From positions 864,001 through 928,000 of the forward strand of contig CBDFJF010000002.1 in assembly GCA_965248265.1 (NCBI GenBank): a stretch of DNA of 64,000 nt, given 5' to 3'. Numbering within the stretch: position 1 is the first letter of the stretch; every line of letters begins with the position of its first letter. The DNA is from Candidatus Latescibacterota bacterium (lineage in GTDB: Bacteria > Latescibacterota > UBA2968 > UBA8231). This document shows positions 37,650 through 46,151 of this stretch, one piece after another. The notes under the pieces were generated by a model, which did not search any database, was not told where the DNA came from, and saw only the letters and a list, made by a program, of their open reading frames with translations. The translations under genes and the position numbers were made by a program.

Positions 37650-40588
37650 ACGATCTGCCCGATTTCAACCTGGCCAGAGGTGCAGCGAACCTTACATCGA
37701 GCCCCCCGTACGATCTTCCCGGGGTGTCGACGCGGGTGTTTCCCGTGCCCGCCTCTATCGACCGCCTGCGCGAGCTCTGCAACAAGTACCTGAACATCGC
37801 ACCTCCCGAAATCGCAGAGTTTCGTCCTTCGGTTCCGTATGTCTTCATCTTTCTCTCCTACTACCCGGAGATGAGTCAGGAAGTGTTGGCCGGTGGCTGG
37901 GTGGCGCAGAACGAGATCACCTTTTCCATTTTTCTCGATCGCTACCAGAAAGTCGATGGAGAGTACGTTTTTCAGGACAGCGGGTCGGTGTCGCCGTTCA
38001 TCTTCGTCGATCAGGAAACTTCGCAGGCAACCGGACGTGAGGTCTACGGTTGGCCCAAGGTGCAGGGGTGGGCTACCCCAGCGAACCCATGGCCCGAGTC
38101 CCCAGATTCCAGCGAGCCATTGGTCCGGGTGACCACGAATGTATTCCCGAAGGTGTTCAGGAATACCCGGATTGAAAAGCGAGTGTTTCTGGAGATCGAC
38201 CGCGAGACTCGGGGCAATGATCTGACGCGGAGTCCACCGAACTTTCGGTCCATTCTCAATCCATTATCGACTCTCGCGGAAATGGTCTCGAACGGAATGG
38301 ACCTGTGGTCGAAGACCATGGATCTGACCGCGGCATCCTCGGCGCGCGGGTACGACCCCCGGGAACTGGCGGCTCGTCCCGGAAAGCTGACGCAGATGTT
38401 CTCGGACCGGCTCCTATTCACGATGTTCAACACCTTCAACATCAAACAGTTTCGTGACGCCAAGGACACCGAACATATCTGCTACCAGGCACTGGTTAAT
38501 TCGCGGATTGAGGTAGTCCGTTACAACACCGGCAGTATGCTTGGCAACTCGGGGTTACTCCTTGGCGACCCCAGTGGCGGTTTCAGGATTCGCATGCACC
38601 GGTTTCCCAGCCTGCCCATCGTTCGCACTCTCGGCATCGAAGTTGAGCGACGGGAAGCTGGTCCCGAGGCGGAAGTGGCCATTTTGCGGCCGGAGTTCCC
38701 ATTCTGGCTCGAAGCGGATGTTCGCTACCAGGCAGGTAGAAACATATGCTGGCGGAGACGAGTTACTAAGGACGCAGACAAGGGTTGGTTCACATGCTCG
38801 GAAGAGGGGAAGTCCGTTCCCTATCGCAACGCGGATGGCGATCAGGAGGGCGAAGATGAGGCATACAACACCACTCGAGGTCCAGCAATCGTCTCGCTGC
38901 CGGGGCCATCGTTTACCTTCCCGGACGCCACGGTCAGGGTGCTGCCACTTCTGGCAAGCGAAGACCAGCTCGGGAGGTTCTGCGCCAAGTACCTGAATGG
39001 CCGAGACGATCCCCGAAACAAACTGACCGATGACGACGATCCCAAGATCCCAAAGGGGTTGGTTGATCAAGACGACTTTCGCTTCGAGCCCTATGGGCGA
39101 TACGTCTACATGCTGATATGGGGTTACGACCAAGTGTCATCAAAAACGGGCGATATCGGTGATTTTGCCAGTCACGACGTACGATTTTCAATACCGGTGA
39201 GGGTCTACGAGAAGAAAACGGAAGAATTGCTGACCATGGGCCTGGTGACCCCCTTCGTCTATTCCAACAGCGAGATAACCACCGTGACAGCGCGAGAGCT
39301 CTACGGGCTGCCCGTCTTGCGCTCAGTCATAACATCGCCTGAAGACCGCTGGCTCGAACGGCTCGGTCCCGAGCCAACGGTTAATCAGGGTTTGATGGAA
39401 TTGAGAGCTCCCGTGCTTGCTGACCAGCAGCAGGGTCCGCAAATGGAGTTTCGCCAGTTGATCGAAGTGTTTCAGGGGGATATAGGGTATCGCGTTGAGG
39501 GGGAGAGGGCACGAGAGGCCGGAAAAGCGTGGAGCAGAGTTCTTCTGGATGAGTTGAATTCAAAAGAAAAGAAACTGGACGACGACAAAGAAAATCCGAC
39601 CGGTAAAACCCCGTCCTCCAAATTAAAGGATGCGATGGCCCTCGCCCTTGAGCTGTTGGCCAACAAGAACCCGATCAACGAGTTCTCGCTGAAGCAATTC
39701 CGAGACGCCGGGGATCCGAGCAAGGCCTGCTATCAATCTATCGTTCGAACGCCGATGGAGATCGATCAGCTCCGTGACCTGCGCGAGATCGAGACTCAGA
39801 TGCACGTGTGCATTCACGAGATAGCCAGTCAACCTATCGTCGAAGAATTGGGCCTCGAAACGAAGGTAAAAGAGGGGGAGGACGAGACGCGTATTCTCGA
39901 GCCCGTGCGGCCCTTCTGGATGCGACTCGATCTCACCGTGGCTGAAGCGGAAAACATCTGGGTGGCGCACGACAAACACAATCGTAGCGGGTTCGCAAAC
40001 AATGGCTATTTGAAGATTAGAGATAATATCGGGGTCCGCGTGGACATGCTTGAGGGGATCAGAGAACGCAAACGCAACCCCAACGCACCTGCGCCGTCTT
40101 TCAGAGGCAAGGTTGACATACGAAGCAACCGCGTGCGGATGTGGGCGTTCTGGCTTCGACTCGCCAAGCGACAAAACTTGGCAGAGTGGGTCGAGCATTG
40201 GCGACGGTCTAACCCGCGTCTTCGTATGATGACCCTCGGGAAGGCAAAGGCGGCACTCGCCAGTATCGAGCCACAGCTGGTAATCGAGTGCATTCTGAGC
40301 GAGGAATGGGCCAACTGGGGAGCCTGCCGCAAATTCATGAGAGATTTCCTCAAGGACAATAAGGTCAAGACGAAACCGTATTTCTGCGTGCGGCGTGACT
40401 CTGCTGGCCATGCCGCCGACAGGGTATTTCCCAAGGCTGTCAACGACCGCGCGTACGCGCTGTCTGTGGACGATCTGGACGGCTGGTACCCAGGCGAAGA
40501 GACCAAACCTCAGCGCAAAAACATGCCCCGAAAAGGGGGTGACGACCCCAATCAAGAGCCCAATGAGCGACGCGGGCCCGGCGGCTAA
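37646..40588 (+). CDS. Tandem acetoacetate-decarboxylase-like (ADC superfamily) protein
   Basis: Two internal repeats (LC.KYLN...PF....GREVYGWPK/ARELYGLPV...KQFRDA....CYQ); TTGA overlap with the upstream gene. Confidence 0.7.
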   Translation: MNDLPDFNLARGAANLTSSPPYDLPGVSTRVFPVPASIDRLRELCNKYLNIAPPEIAEFRPSVPYVFIFLSYYPEMSQEVLAGGWVAQNEITFSIFLDRYQKVDGEYVFQDSGSVSPFIFVDQETSQATGREVYGWPKVQGWATPANPWPESPDSSEPLVRVTTNVFPKVFRNTRIEKRVFLEIDRETRGNDLTRSPPNFRSILNPLSTLAEMVSNGMDLWSKTMDLTAASSARGYDPRELAARPGKLTQMFSDRLLFTMFNTFNIKQFRDAKDTEHICYQALVNSRIEVVRYNTGSMLGNSGLLLGDPSGGFRIRMHRFPSLPIVRTLGIEVERREAGPEAEVAILRPEFPFWLEADVRYQAGRNICWRRRVTKDADKGWFTCSEEGKSVPYRNADGDQEGEDEAYNTTRGPAIVSLPGPSFTFPDATVRVLPLLASEDQLGRFCAKYLNGRDDPRNKLTDDDDPKIPKGLVDQDDFRFEPYGRYVYMLIWGYDQVSSKTGDIGDFASHDVRFSIPVRVYEKKTEELLTMGLVTPFVYSNSEITTVTARELYGLPVLRSVITSPEDRWLERLGPEPTVNQGLMELRAPVLADQQQGPQMEFRQLIEVFQGDIGYRVEGERAREAGKAWSRVLLDELNSKEKKLDDDKENPTGKTPSSKLKDAMALALELLANKNPINEFSLKQFRDAGDPSKACYQSIVRTPMEIDQLRDLREIETQMHVCIHEIASQPIVEELGLETKVKEGEDETRILEPVRPFWMRLDLTVAEAENIWVAHDKHNRSGFANNGYLKIRDNIGVRVDMLEGIRERKRNPNAPAPSFRGKVDIRSNRVRMWAFWLRLAKRQNLAEWVEHWRRSNPRLRMMTLGKAKAALASIEPQLVIECILSEEWANWGACRKFMRDFLKDNKVKTKPYFCVRRDSAGHAADRVFPKAVNDRAYALSVDDLDGWYPGEETKPQRKNMPRKGGDDPNQEPNERRGPGG

Positions 40589-42746
40589 GGTCGCCGTCAT
40601 CGGAGGCGGCTGCGCCTCCATGGCGACCGCCTTCGAGCTGACCCGTCCCGAACACGAAGGCCGATACCACGTCACCGTCTACCAGCAGGGTTGGCGCCTG
40701 GGTGGCAAAGGCGCGTCCGGTCGTGGTCCGGCCGGCCGTATCGAGGAGCACGGGCTGCACCTCTGGCTCGGTTACTACGACAACGCCTTTCGCCTGTTGC
40801 GCGAGTGTTACGCCGAACTCGGGCGGGATTCCGACACCAGCCCGATGGCGGACTGGCGGGATGCGATCTATCCCGAGAAGCAGGTCGGGCTGGCCGATCG
40901 GTCCCCTGACGGCAGCTGGTCGAGTTGGGTGGCGAGCTTTCCGCCCATTCCCGGTGAGCCGGGGGATCCGCCTGATGGTAGCGGCATGTACTCGGTCCAG
41001 TCCTACATGCTGCGCACGTCGCAGTTGATCGTCTCACTTCTCGCTTCGATCCAAGAACGTCAGGCGGATGTCACCTCCGACGCCCCTCCGAGCATCTTCC
41101 CGGATATTGGGGAAGGCGGGTTGTCCCCTGAAGCCATCGTCGATACCATTGGACGCTTTCTTCGCTATGGCGGAGTGGCAACCCTGGCGGCCGTAAACCA
41201 GGCGGCGCAGTTGCTAGCCGATGTATGCAAATCCATCCCAGGATTACCAACCAGTCCGGCGCTGCGGTTGATCGACGCAGTCAGTTCCGGCGCCGAGGGT
41301 CTGCTCAAGAACGCGATCAACACGGACCCGGAAACCCGGCGCCTGTGGGAGATCATCGATCTGGCCCTGGCCGGTCTGCGCGGCTCCATTCGTTTTGGCC
41401 TGGCCACGGATCCGAAGGGTTTCGATGCCATCAACGACTACGAGATGCGGGAGTGGCTGCGCCTGAATGGCGCCTCCGACGCCACTCTCAACTCGGCCTT
41501 CGTGCGCGGTCTGTACGACCTGGGGTTCGCCTACGAGAATGGCGATTTGAGCCGGCCTGCGATTGCCGCCGGTGTGGGGCTGCGCGGCACGATGCGCATG
41601 CTCTTCACCTACAAGGGCTCCCTGTTCTGGAAGATGCGCGCCGGCATGGGCGATGTGGTTTTTGCGCCCTTGTATGAAGTCTTGAAACGACGCGGCGTGA
41701 GCTTCAAGTATTTTCACCGGTTGGACAGCGTACGGTTGGTTGATGCTGATCGACTGGAGCCTGATGAGAAGCCGTATGTCGATTCCCTGGAATTCGACGT
41801 CCAGGCAAACATCGATGGGGGAGGGGAGTATGAGCCGCTCTTCGACGTCGGCGGCTTGCCCTGTTGGCCTTCTGAACCGGATTACGGCCAACTCGTCGAC
41901 GGGGAGCGCATCAAGCAGGAAGAGTGGAAGTTCGAATCCCATTGGGATCGCCGTAAGGCTGGGACGCAGGTGCTGCGTGTCGGTGAGGATTTCGACTTTG
42001 TCGTGCTCGGTGTCAGCCTTGGTGCCATTCCCCATGTGTGTAAGGACATCCTGGATCGCGATGCCCGCTGGCGGGCGATGGTGCAGAAGGTCAAGACGGT
42101 GGCGACCCAGGCTTTTCAACTCTGGCTGCGCGAAGACATGCGCCAGCTGGGTTGGGAGAAGGGCCCGATCAGTCTGTCCGGCTACGTAAAACCCTTCGAC
42201 ACCTGGGCTGACATGACCCAGGTCATCGAGGCGGAGTCGTGGCGCGAGGATCCGCAGGCCATTGCCTACTTCTGCAGCACCCTGGCGACACCAGCGAATT
42301 CCCAGGATATGGCCGCGTCCGAGTGCCCGGAGCAGCTACGGGCAGCAGTGCGGGAGAACGCGATCGCGTTCCTGAAAAAAGACATTGCCGCGCTGTGGCC
42401 TCAGGCGAACCATACTCCGAAGGGGTTCCGTTGGGAGTTGCTGATGGATGCCGCAGATCCGGGGAAACTACCCGATGATGCCGACGAGAGCACCTTCGAC
42501 TCGCAGTTCTGGACCGCGAATGTCAATCCGACGGATCGCTACGTGCTTTCCGTTCCGGGCAGTCCGCGTTACCGCATCTCACCGCTCGACAATACGTATG
42601 ACAACCTCACCATCGCTGGGGATTGGACTGATTGTGGTCACAACATGGGCTGTGTGGAAGCGGCGGTGATGTCGGGTCTGCTGGCCGCGCACGCCCTGTG
42701 CAAGTCGCCGGCCCTGGAAGATATCGTCGGTTACGACCATCCCTGA
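40563..42746 (+). CDS. FAD/NAD(P)-binding oxidoreductase, carotenoid-desaturase/HpnE-like
   Basis: KVAVIGGG, WRLGGKGASGR, IEEHGLHLWLGYYDNAF, NLTIAGDWT...GCVEAAVMSG. Confidence 0.8.
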   Translation: MSDAGPAAKVAVIGGGCASMATAFELTRPEHEGRYHVTVYQQGWRLGGKGASGRGPAGRIEEHGLHLWLGYYDNAFRLLRECYAELGRDSDTSPMADWRDAIYPEKQVGLADRSPDGSWSSWVASFPPIPGEPGDPPDGSGMYSVQSYMLRTSQLIVSLLASIQERQADVTSDAPPSIFPDIGEGGLSPEAIVDTIGRFLRYGGVATLAAVNQAAQLLADVCKSIPGLPTSPALRLIDAVSSGAEGLLKNAINTDPETRRLWEIIDLALAGLRGSIRFGLATDPKGFDAINDYEMREWLRLNGASDATLNSAFVRGLYDLGFAYENGDLSRPAIAAGVGLRGTMRMLFTYKGSLFWKMRAGMGDVVFAPLYEVLKRRGVSFKYFHRLDSVRLVDADRLEPDEKPYVDSLEFDVQANIDGGGEYEPLFDVGGLPCWPSEPDYGQLVDGERIKQEEWKFESHWDRRKAGTQVLRVGEDFDFVVLGVSLGAIPHVCKDILDRDARWRAMVQKVKTVATQAFQLWLREDMRQLGWEKGPISLSGYVKPFDTWADMTQVIEAESWREDPQAIAYFCSTLATPANSQDMAASECPEQLRAAVRENAIAFLKKDIAALWPQANHTPKGFRWELLMDAADPGKLPDDADESTFDSQFWTANVNPTDRYVLSVPGSPRYRISPLDNTYDNLTIAGDWTDCGHNMGCVEAAVMSGLLAAHALCKSPALEDIVGYDHP

Positions 42747-42763
42747 CCCGCTGTCCTGTCCCG

Positions 42764-43978
42764 CTACGATTCCACCTCCAGCGTCATCCCGGCTGAGCGC
42801 AGTCTGTCCATGAGCACAGATCCAAGCGCGGTAGCCGGTGTCAGGATGCCGCCCCGCGCCTCGCCCCCGGGCAGCTCGGATCGCTGAGTCGCCAACGCCA
42901 GAGCGGCTTCGCACAGAATCTTGACGGTGACGCGGTTGGCCGGATCCCCCCGATCGGCCAGGCGTGCCCAGGCGAGGCTACCGTCGTGGGCGGAGGCCAC
43001 CAGCCGGCAGCGGAAATGGCCGTCGTCCATTTCACGCTCGGAGGGCCCGGTGCCCGGTTTCGGCGAGAAGATCTCGGCCAGTTGGCGCCCTCCCGGAAAG
43101 AGCAAGGAAGCCCGACCCGCGGCCAGGCCAGACGCGGCCATGGTCGCCGACACCCAGGAAAACGGCGAGCCCGTATCGAGGTACTCCTGGTAGGTAAAAT
43201 CAGTCCCGTAGGGTTCGCGCCACTGTTCCATCAGGGCGGCGCTGCGTCTGACGACCCGGGTGTTGACGGGAGCCATCACGAAGGGTGCGACCCAGGCGCC
43301 CAGATCGCTGTCGTAGTGCGCGGCCACGGGATCCTGGCTGGTGCCGGCCGGCGGCCTTGTCCCTTGCGGATTCAGTAGGAAGGGGTCATTGAGCCGTTGC
43401 ACTTCACCGCTTTCGTAGACGTTGAGGATGGAAGCCGCCGTGCCGCCGTTGATGCCACCGGATACAACGAAAAACGCTTTGACGGCGCGGCACGTGCGGC
43501 CTTGCCGACGCAGGGCATCGACGAGAACGAGTGTGCCGATGTCGGAGGGAACCGCGTCGAAGCCGCAACACGGGACGATCCTTGTGCCGTCTGACTGCGC
43601 CCGGTCGTGGTAGCGGTCAATCATGTCGCGGACCCAGGGGGTCTCACCAGTGAGATCCAGGTAGTCGGTTCGATGTTGCACGCAGGCGGCGACGACGGGC
43701 TCGCCGATGCGGCCATACGGACTGGCGACGGCAACCACGGTCCGCGTACTGCGCACCATTTCCTCGATCGCTGGCGGCGACTGTCCGTCAGCTACAATCA
43801 CTGACACCTGGTCCGTGAGCCCGAGTGCGCCTGCCAGGTCCTCGAGTTTGCGGCGATCGCGCCCGGCAATGGCCCAACGTGTGGATGGGGCGGCGTAGTC
43901 CTTCAAGTAACGGGCGCACTGGTTGCCGATGAAACCGGTGGCGCCGTAGAGGACGAGGTCGAGCTCTCTATCTGTCAA
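42764..43978 (-). CDS. Saccharopine-dehydrogenase-like / trans-acting enoyl reductase
   Basis: DLVLYGATGFIG, WAIAGR, PY...G..VV.AC...T.YLDLTGE, CCGFDAVPSD, NTRVVRRS, GGILTPA; start at TTG 43978 inferred. Confidence 0.88.
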   Translation of the reverse strand: MTDRELDLVLYGATGFIGNQCARYLKDYAAPSTRWAIAGRDRRKLEDLAGALGLTDQVSVIVADGQSPPAIEEMVRSTRTVVAVASPYGRIGEPVVAACVQHRTDYLDLTGETPWVRDMIDRYHDRAQSDGTRIVPCCGFDAVPSDIGTLVLVDALRRQGRTCRAVKAFFVVSGGINGGTAASILNVYESGEVQRLNDPFLLNPQGTRPPAGTSQDPVAAHYDSDLGAWVAPFVMAPVNTRVVRRSAALMEQWREPYGTDFTYQEYLDTGSPFSWVSATMAASGLAAGRASLLFPGGRQLAEIFSPKPGTGPSEREMDDGHFRCRLVASAHDGSLAWARLADRGDPANRVTVKILCEAALALATQRSELPGGEARGGILTPATALGSVLMDRLRSAGMTLEVES

Positions 43979-44119
43979 ACTGCATCTATTTCCGCTGACA
44001 ACGTGGGGTCTGTGGGACAACGTTTGCTTGGGACTTATACAACATAGCAAGTATATTACGGCCTCTCGACCCAGTCGTCGCACTCCAGACGCATCACCGA
44101 TACAGGAAACAAGACCGAG

Positions 44120-46150
44120 TTGGCTCTATATCTCAAGAAACCGCGCCGATTATTGGCACTATTGCTGGCGGTGGCGTGTCTGACAACGTCTGCATCCGCA
44201 GTTGGAGCCGCACCGCCACTGATTCTGACGGATGGTCAAAGCGAGTACCCCCTCGGCATGTACCTGGACGTGCTTGAGGATGGCAAGCCATCCTGGTCGA
44301 TCGACGACGTGAGCAGCACGCCGGTATCAGAGCGTTTCACCGCCAGCGAGCAAGAGTCACCCTACTTCGGCCCGGTACCCGTAGGCTATGTGTGGGTCAA
44401 GTTCACGGTGCGCAACGATTCTGCCGATCCGACCTGGATCGTCGAGGCACTGCCAGCGGTCAACTACGAGATTGACCTCTACACCTCTCAGACTCGCAAT
44501 GACGGTTCGCGATTCTGGCAAATCGAAAAGACCGGCGGCCAGGTGCCCTTCGTGGATTGGCCGGTTAAACATCGACACTTCCCATTGCGCCTCGCCATCC
44601 AGCCGGGCGAGAGTCGAACCTTCTACATGCACATCGGCGCCAACGTCGTGTTCCTCAACATGACGTTGCGGTCAGAGGAATCGTTCGCCAAGCACGATCA
44701 TGACGAGCAGATCGTCCTCGGGCTGTTTTACGGTCTCACCGCCGTCATGGTGCTGTACAATCTTTTCCTGTTTTTTGCACTGCGCGAAACCACCTACCTC
44801 TACTACGTGCTGATGATCGGCTTCGGCGGCCTCTGGTTCGCCCAATTCAATGGCATGGCGCCGGAATATTTGTGGCCGCGAACCACGTGGGGATGGTACC
44901 GGGTGCACATTCTCGTCGCTCCGCTGTACCTGTTCTGGGGTCTGCGATTCGTCCAGACCTTTCTGTTGACGCGGACGTACGCCCCAAGAATACACAAGGT
45001 GATCTCTGTGTTGATGGGGACGAACTTGGTGTTTGCGTTGCTGGCCGTGGCCGACATGCACACCGGCATCATCCCATTTTTCGATTCAGTCTATCAATGG
45101 AGCATCTGGATCTGCGTGTTCTCGGCCGGGATCGTCACCTGGCGAAGAGGCTTTCGTCCAGCGCGCTATTTCTTGATTGCCTGGGGGGCTTACGTGGGCG
45201 GCGCGCTATCCATCCTCGCGGTCGCCGTCGGCGTGTTCCCGTTCAATTTCGTCACCTGGCACAGTTTTCAGTTCGGACAGGCGCTCGAGGCCGTGCTGTT
45301 GTCGCTGGCCCTGGCGAATCGAATCAACATTCTGCGCCATGAAAAAGAGCTCGAAGAGGCAGCTGCCCGGGAGGCGGAGTTGCGGGCGCGCGGCGCCGAG
45401 TTGGAGGCGCGGGCGATGGAAGAGGAGCTGCGCACCGCCCACAATCTGCAGATGGGCTTGATGCCCAGAGAGCAGCCTAATGTCCCCGGGATCGACGTTG
45501 CGGGACTGTGCGTGCCGGCCGAACACGTCGGTGGTGATTTCTACCAGTACTACAACTTGCCGGACGGTCGCTTTGCCGTGTCGATGGCCGATGTGACGGG
45601 TCACTCCATGGAAGCGGCCATTCCGATGGTCTTGTTCAGCGGTGTGCTCAGCAGTCAGATGACGTCCGGGGTTTCCATCGAGGAACTGTTTCCCCACCTC
45701 AATGATACAATGCACGAGACCCTCGATACGTACACCTTCGTGTGTTTCACCATGGCGGAATTCGATCCCACGACGCGTCGCTTGAGGCTTTCCAACGGAG
45801 GCTGTCCCTCTCCCTACCACTACCGTGCAGCTTCCAGAGACATGGTGGAGCTGGAGATGGGTGCTTATCCACTCGGCGTGCGCAAGCAGACCGAATACGG
45901 TGTACTGGAGACGCAGCTGGAGGTCGGTGACTATCTCGTGTTCTACTCCGATGGGATAACCGAGGCCGAAAAACGTCCTGGGAATCAATTCGGCCCGGAG
46001 CGCACGGCCAACATAATTCAAGGTGGATGTGAGGAAGGATTGTCCGCCACCGCGGTGCTGGAGCGGGTCATAGAGGAAGTCCGAGCGTTCACCGGGGCCA
46101 ATACCGAAGCGGACGACCAGACCATCGTGGTGTTGAAGGTCGAGAGCTGA
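44120..46150 (+). CDS. 7TMR-DISM extracellular/7TM sensor fused to a PP2C (SpoIIE) phosphatase
   Basis: LEDG..WSIDDV..WVKF DISMED2; GLFYG..VMVLYNLFLF...YLYY 7TM; VGGDFY, ADVTGH, YSDGITEA, DDQT. Confidence 0.9.
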   Translation: MALYLKKPRRLLALLLAVACLTTSASAVGAAPPLILTDGQSEYPLGMYLDVLEDGKPSWSIDDVSSTPVSERFTASEQESPYFGPVPVGYVWVKFTVRNDSADPTWIVEALPAVNYEIDLYTSQTRNDGSRFWQIEKTGGQVPFVDWPVKHRHFPLRLAIQPGESRTFYMHIGANVVFLNMTLRSEESFAKHDHDEQIVLGLFYGLTAVMVLYNLFLFFALRETTYLYYVLMIGFGGLWFAQFNGMAPEYLWPRTTWGWYRVHILVAPLYLFWGLRFVQTFLLTRTYAPRIHKVISVLMGTNLVFALLAVADMHTGIIPFFDSVYQWSIWICVFSAGIVTWRRGFRPARYFLIAWGAYVGGALSILAVAVGVFPFNFVTWHSFQFGQALEAVLLSLALANRINILRHEKELEEAAAREAELRARGAELEARAMEEELRTAHNLQMGLMPREQPNVPGIDVAGLCVPAEHVGGDFYQYYNLPDGRFAVSMADVTGHSMEAAIPMVLFSGVLSSQMTSGVSIEELFPHLNDTMHETLDTYTFVCFTMAEFDPTTRRLRLSNGGCPSPYHYRAASRDMVELEMGAYPLGVRKQTEYGVLETQLEVGDYLVFYSDGITEAEKRPGNQFGPERTANIIQGGCEEGLSATAVLERVIEEVRAFTGANTEADDQTIVVLKVES

Positions 46151-46151
46151 C

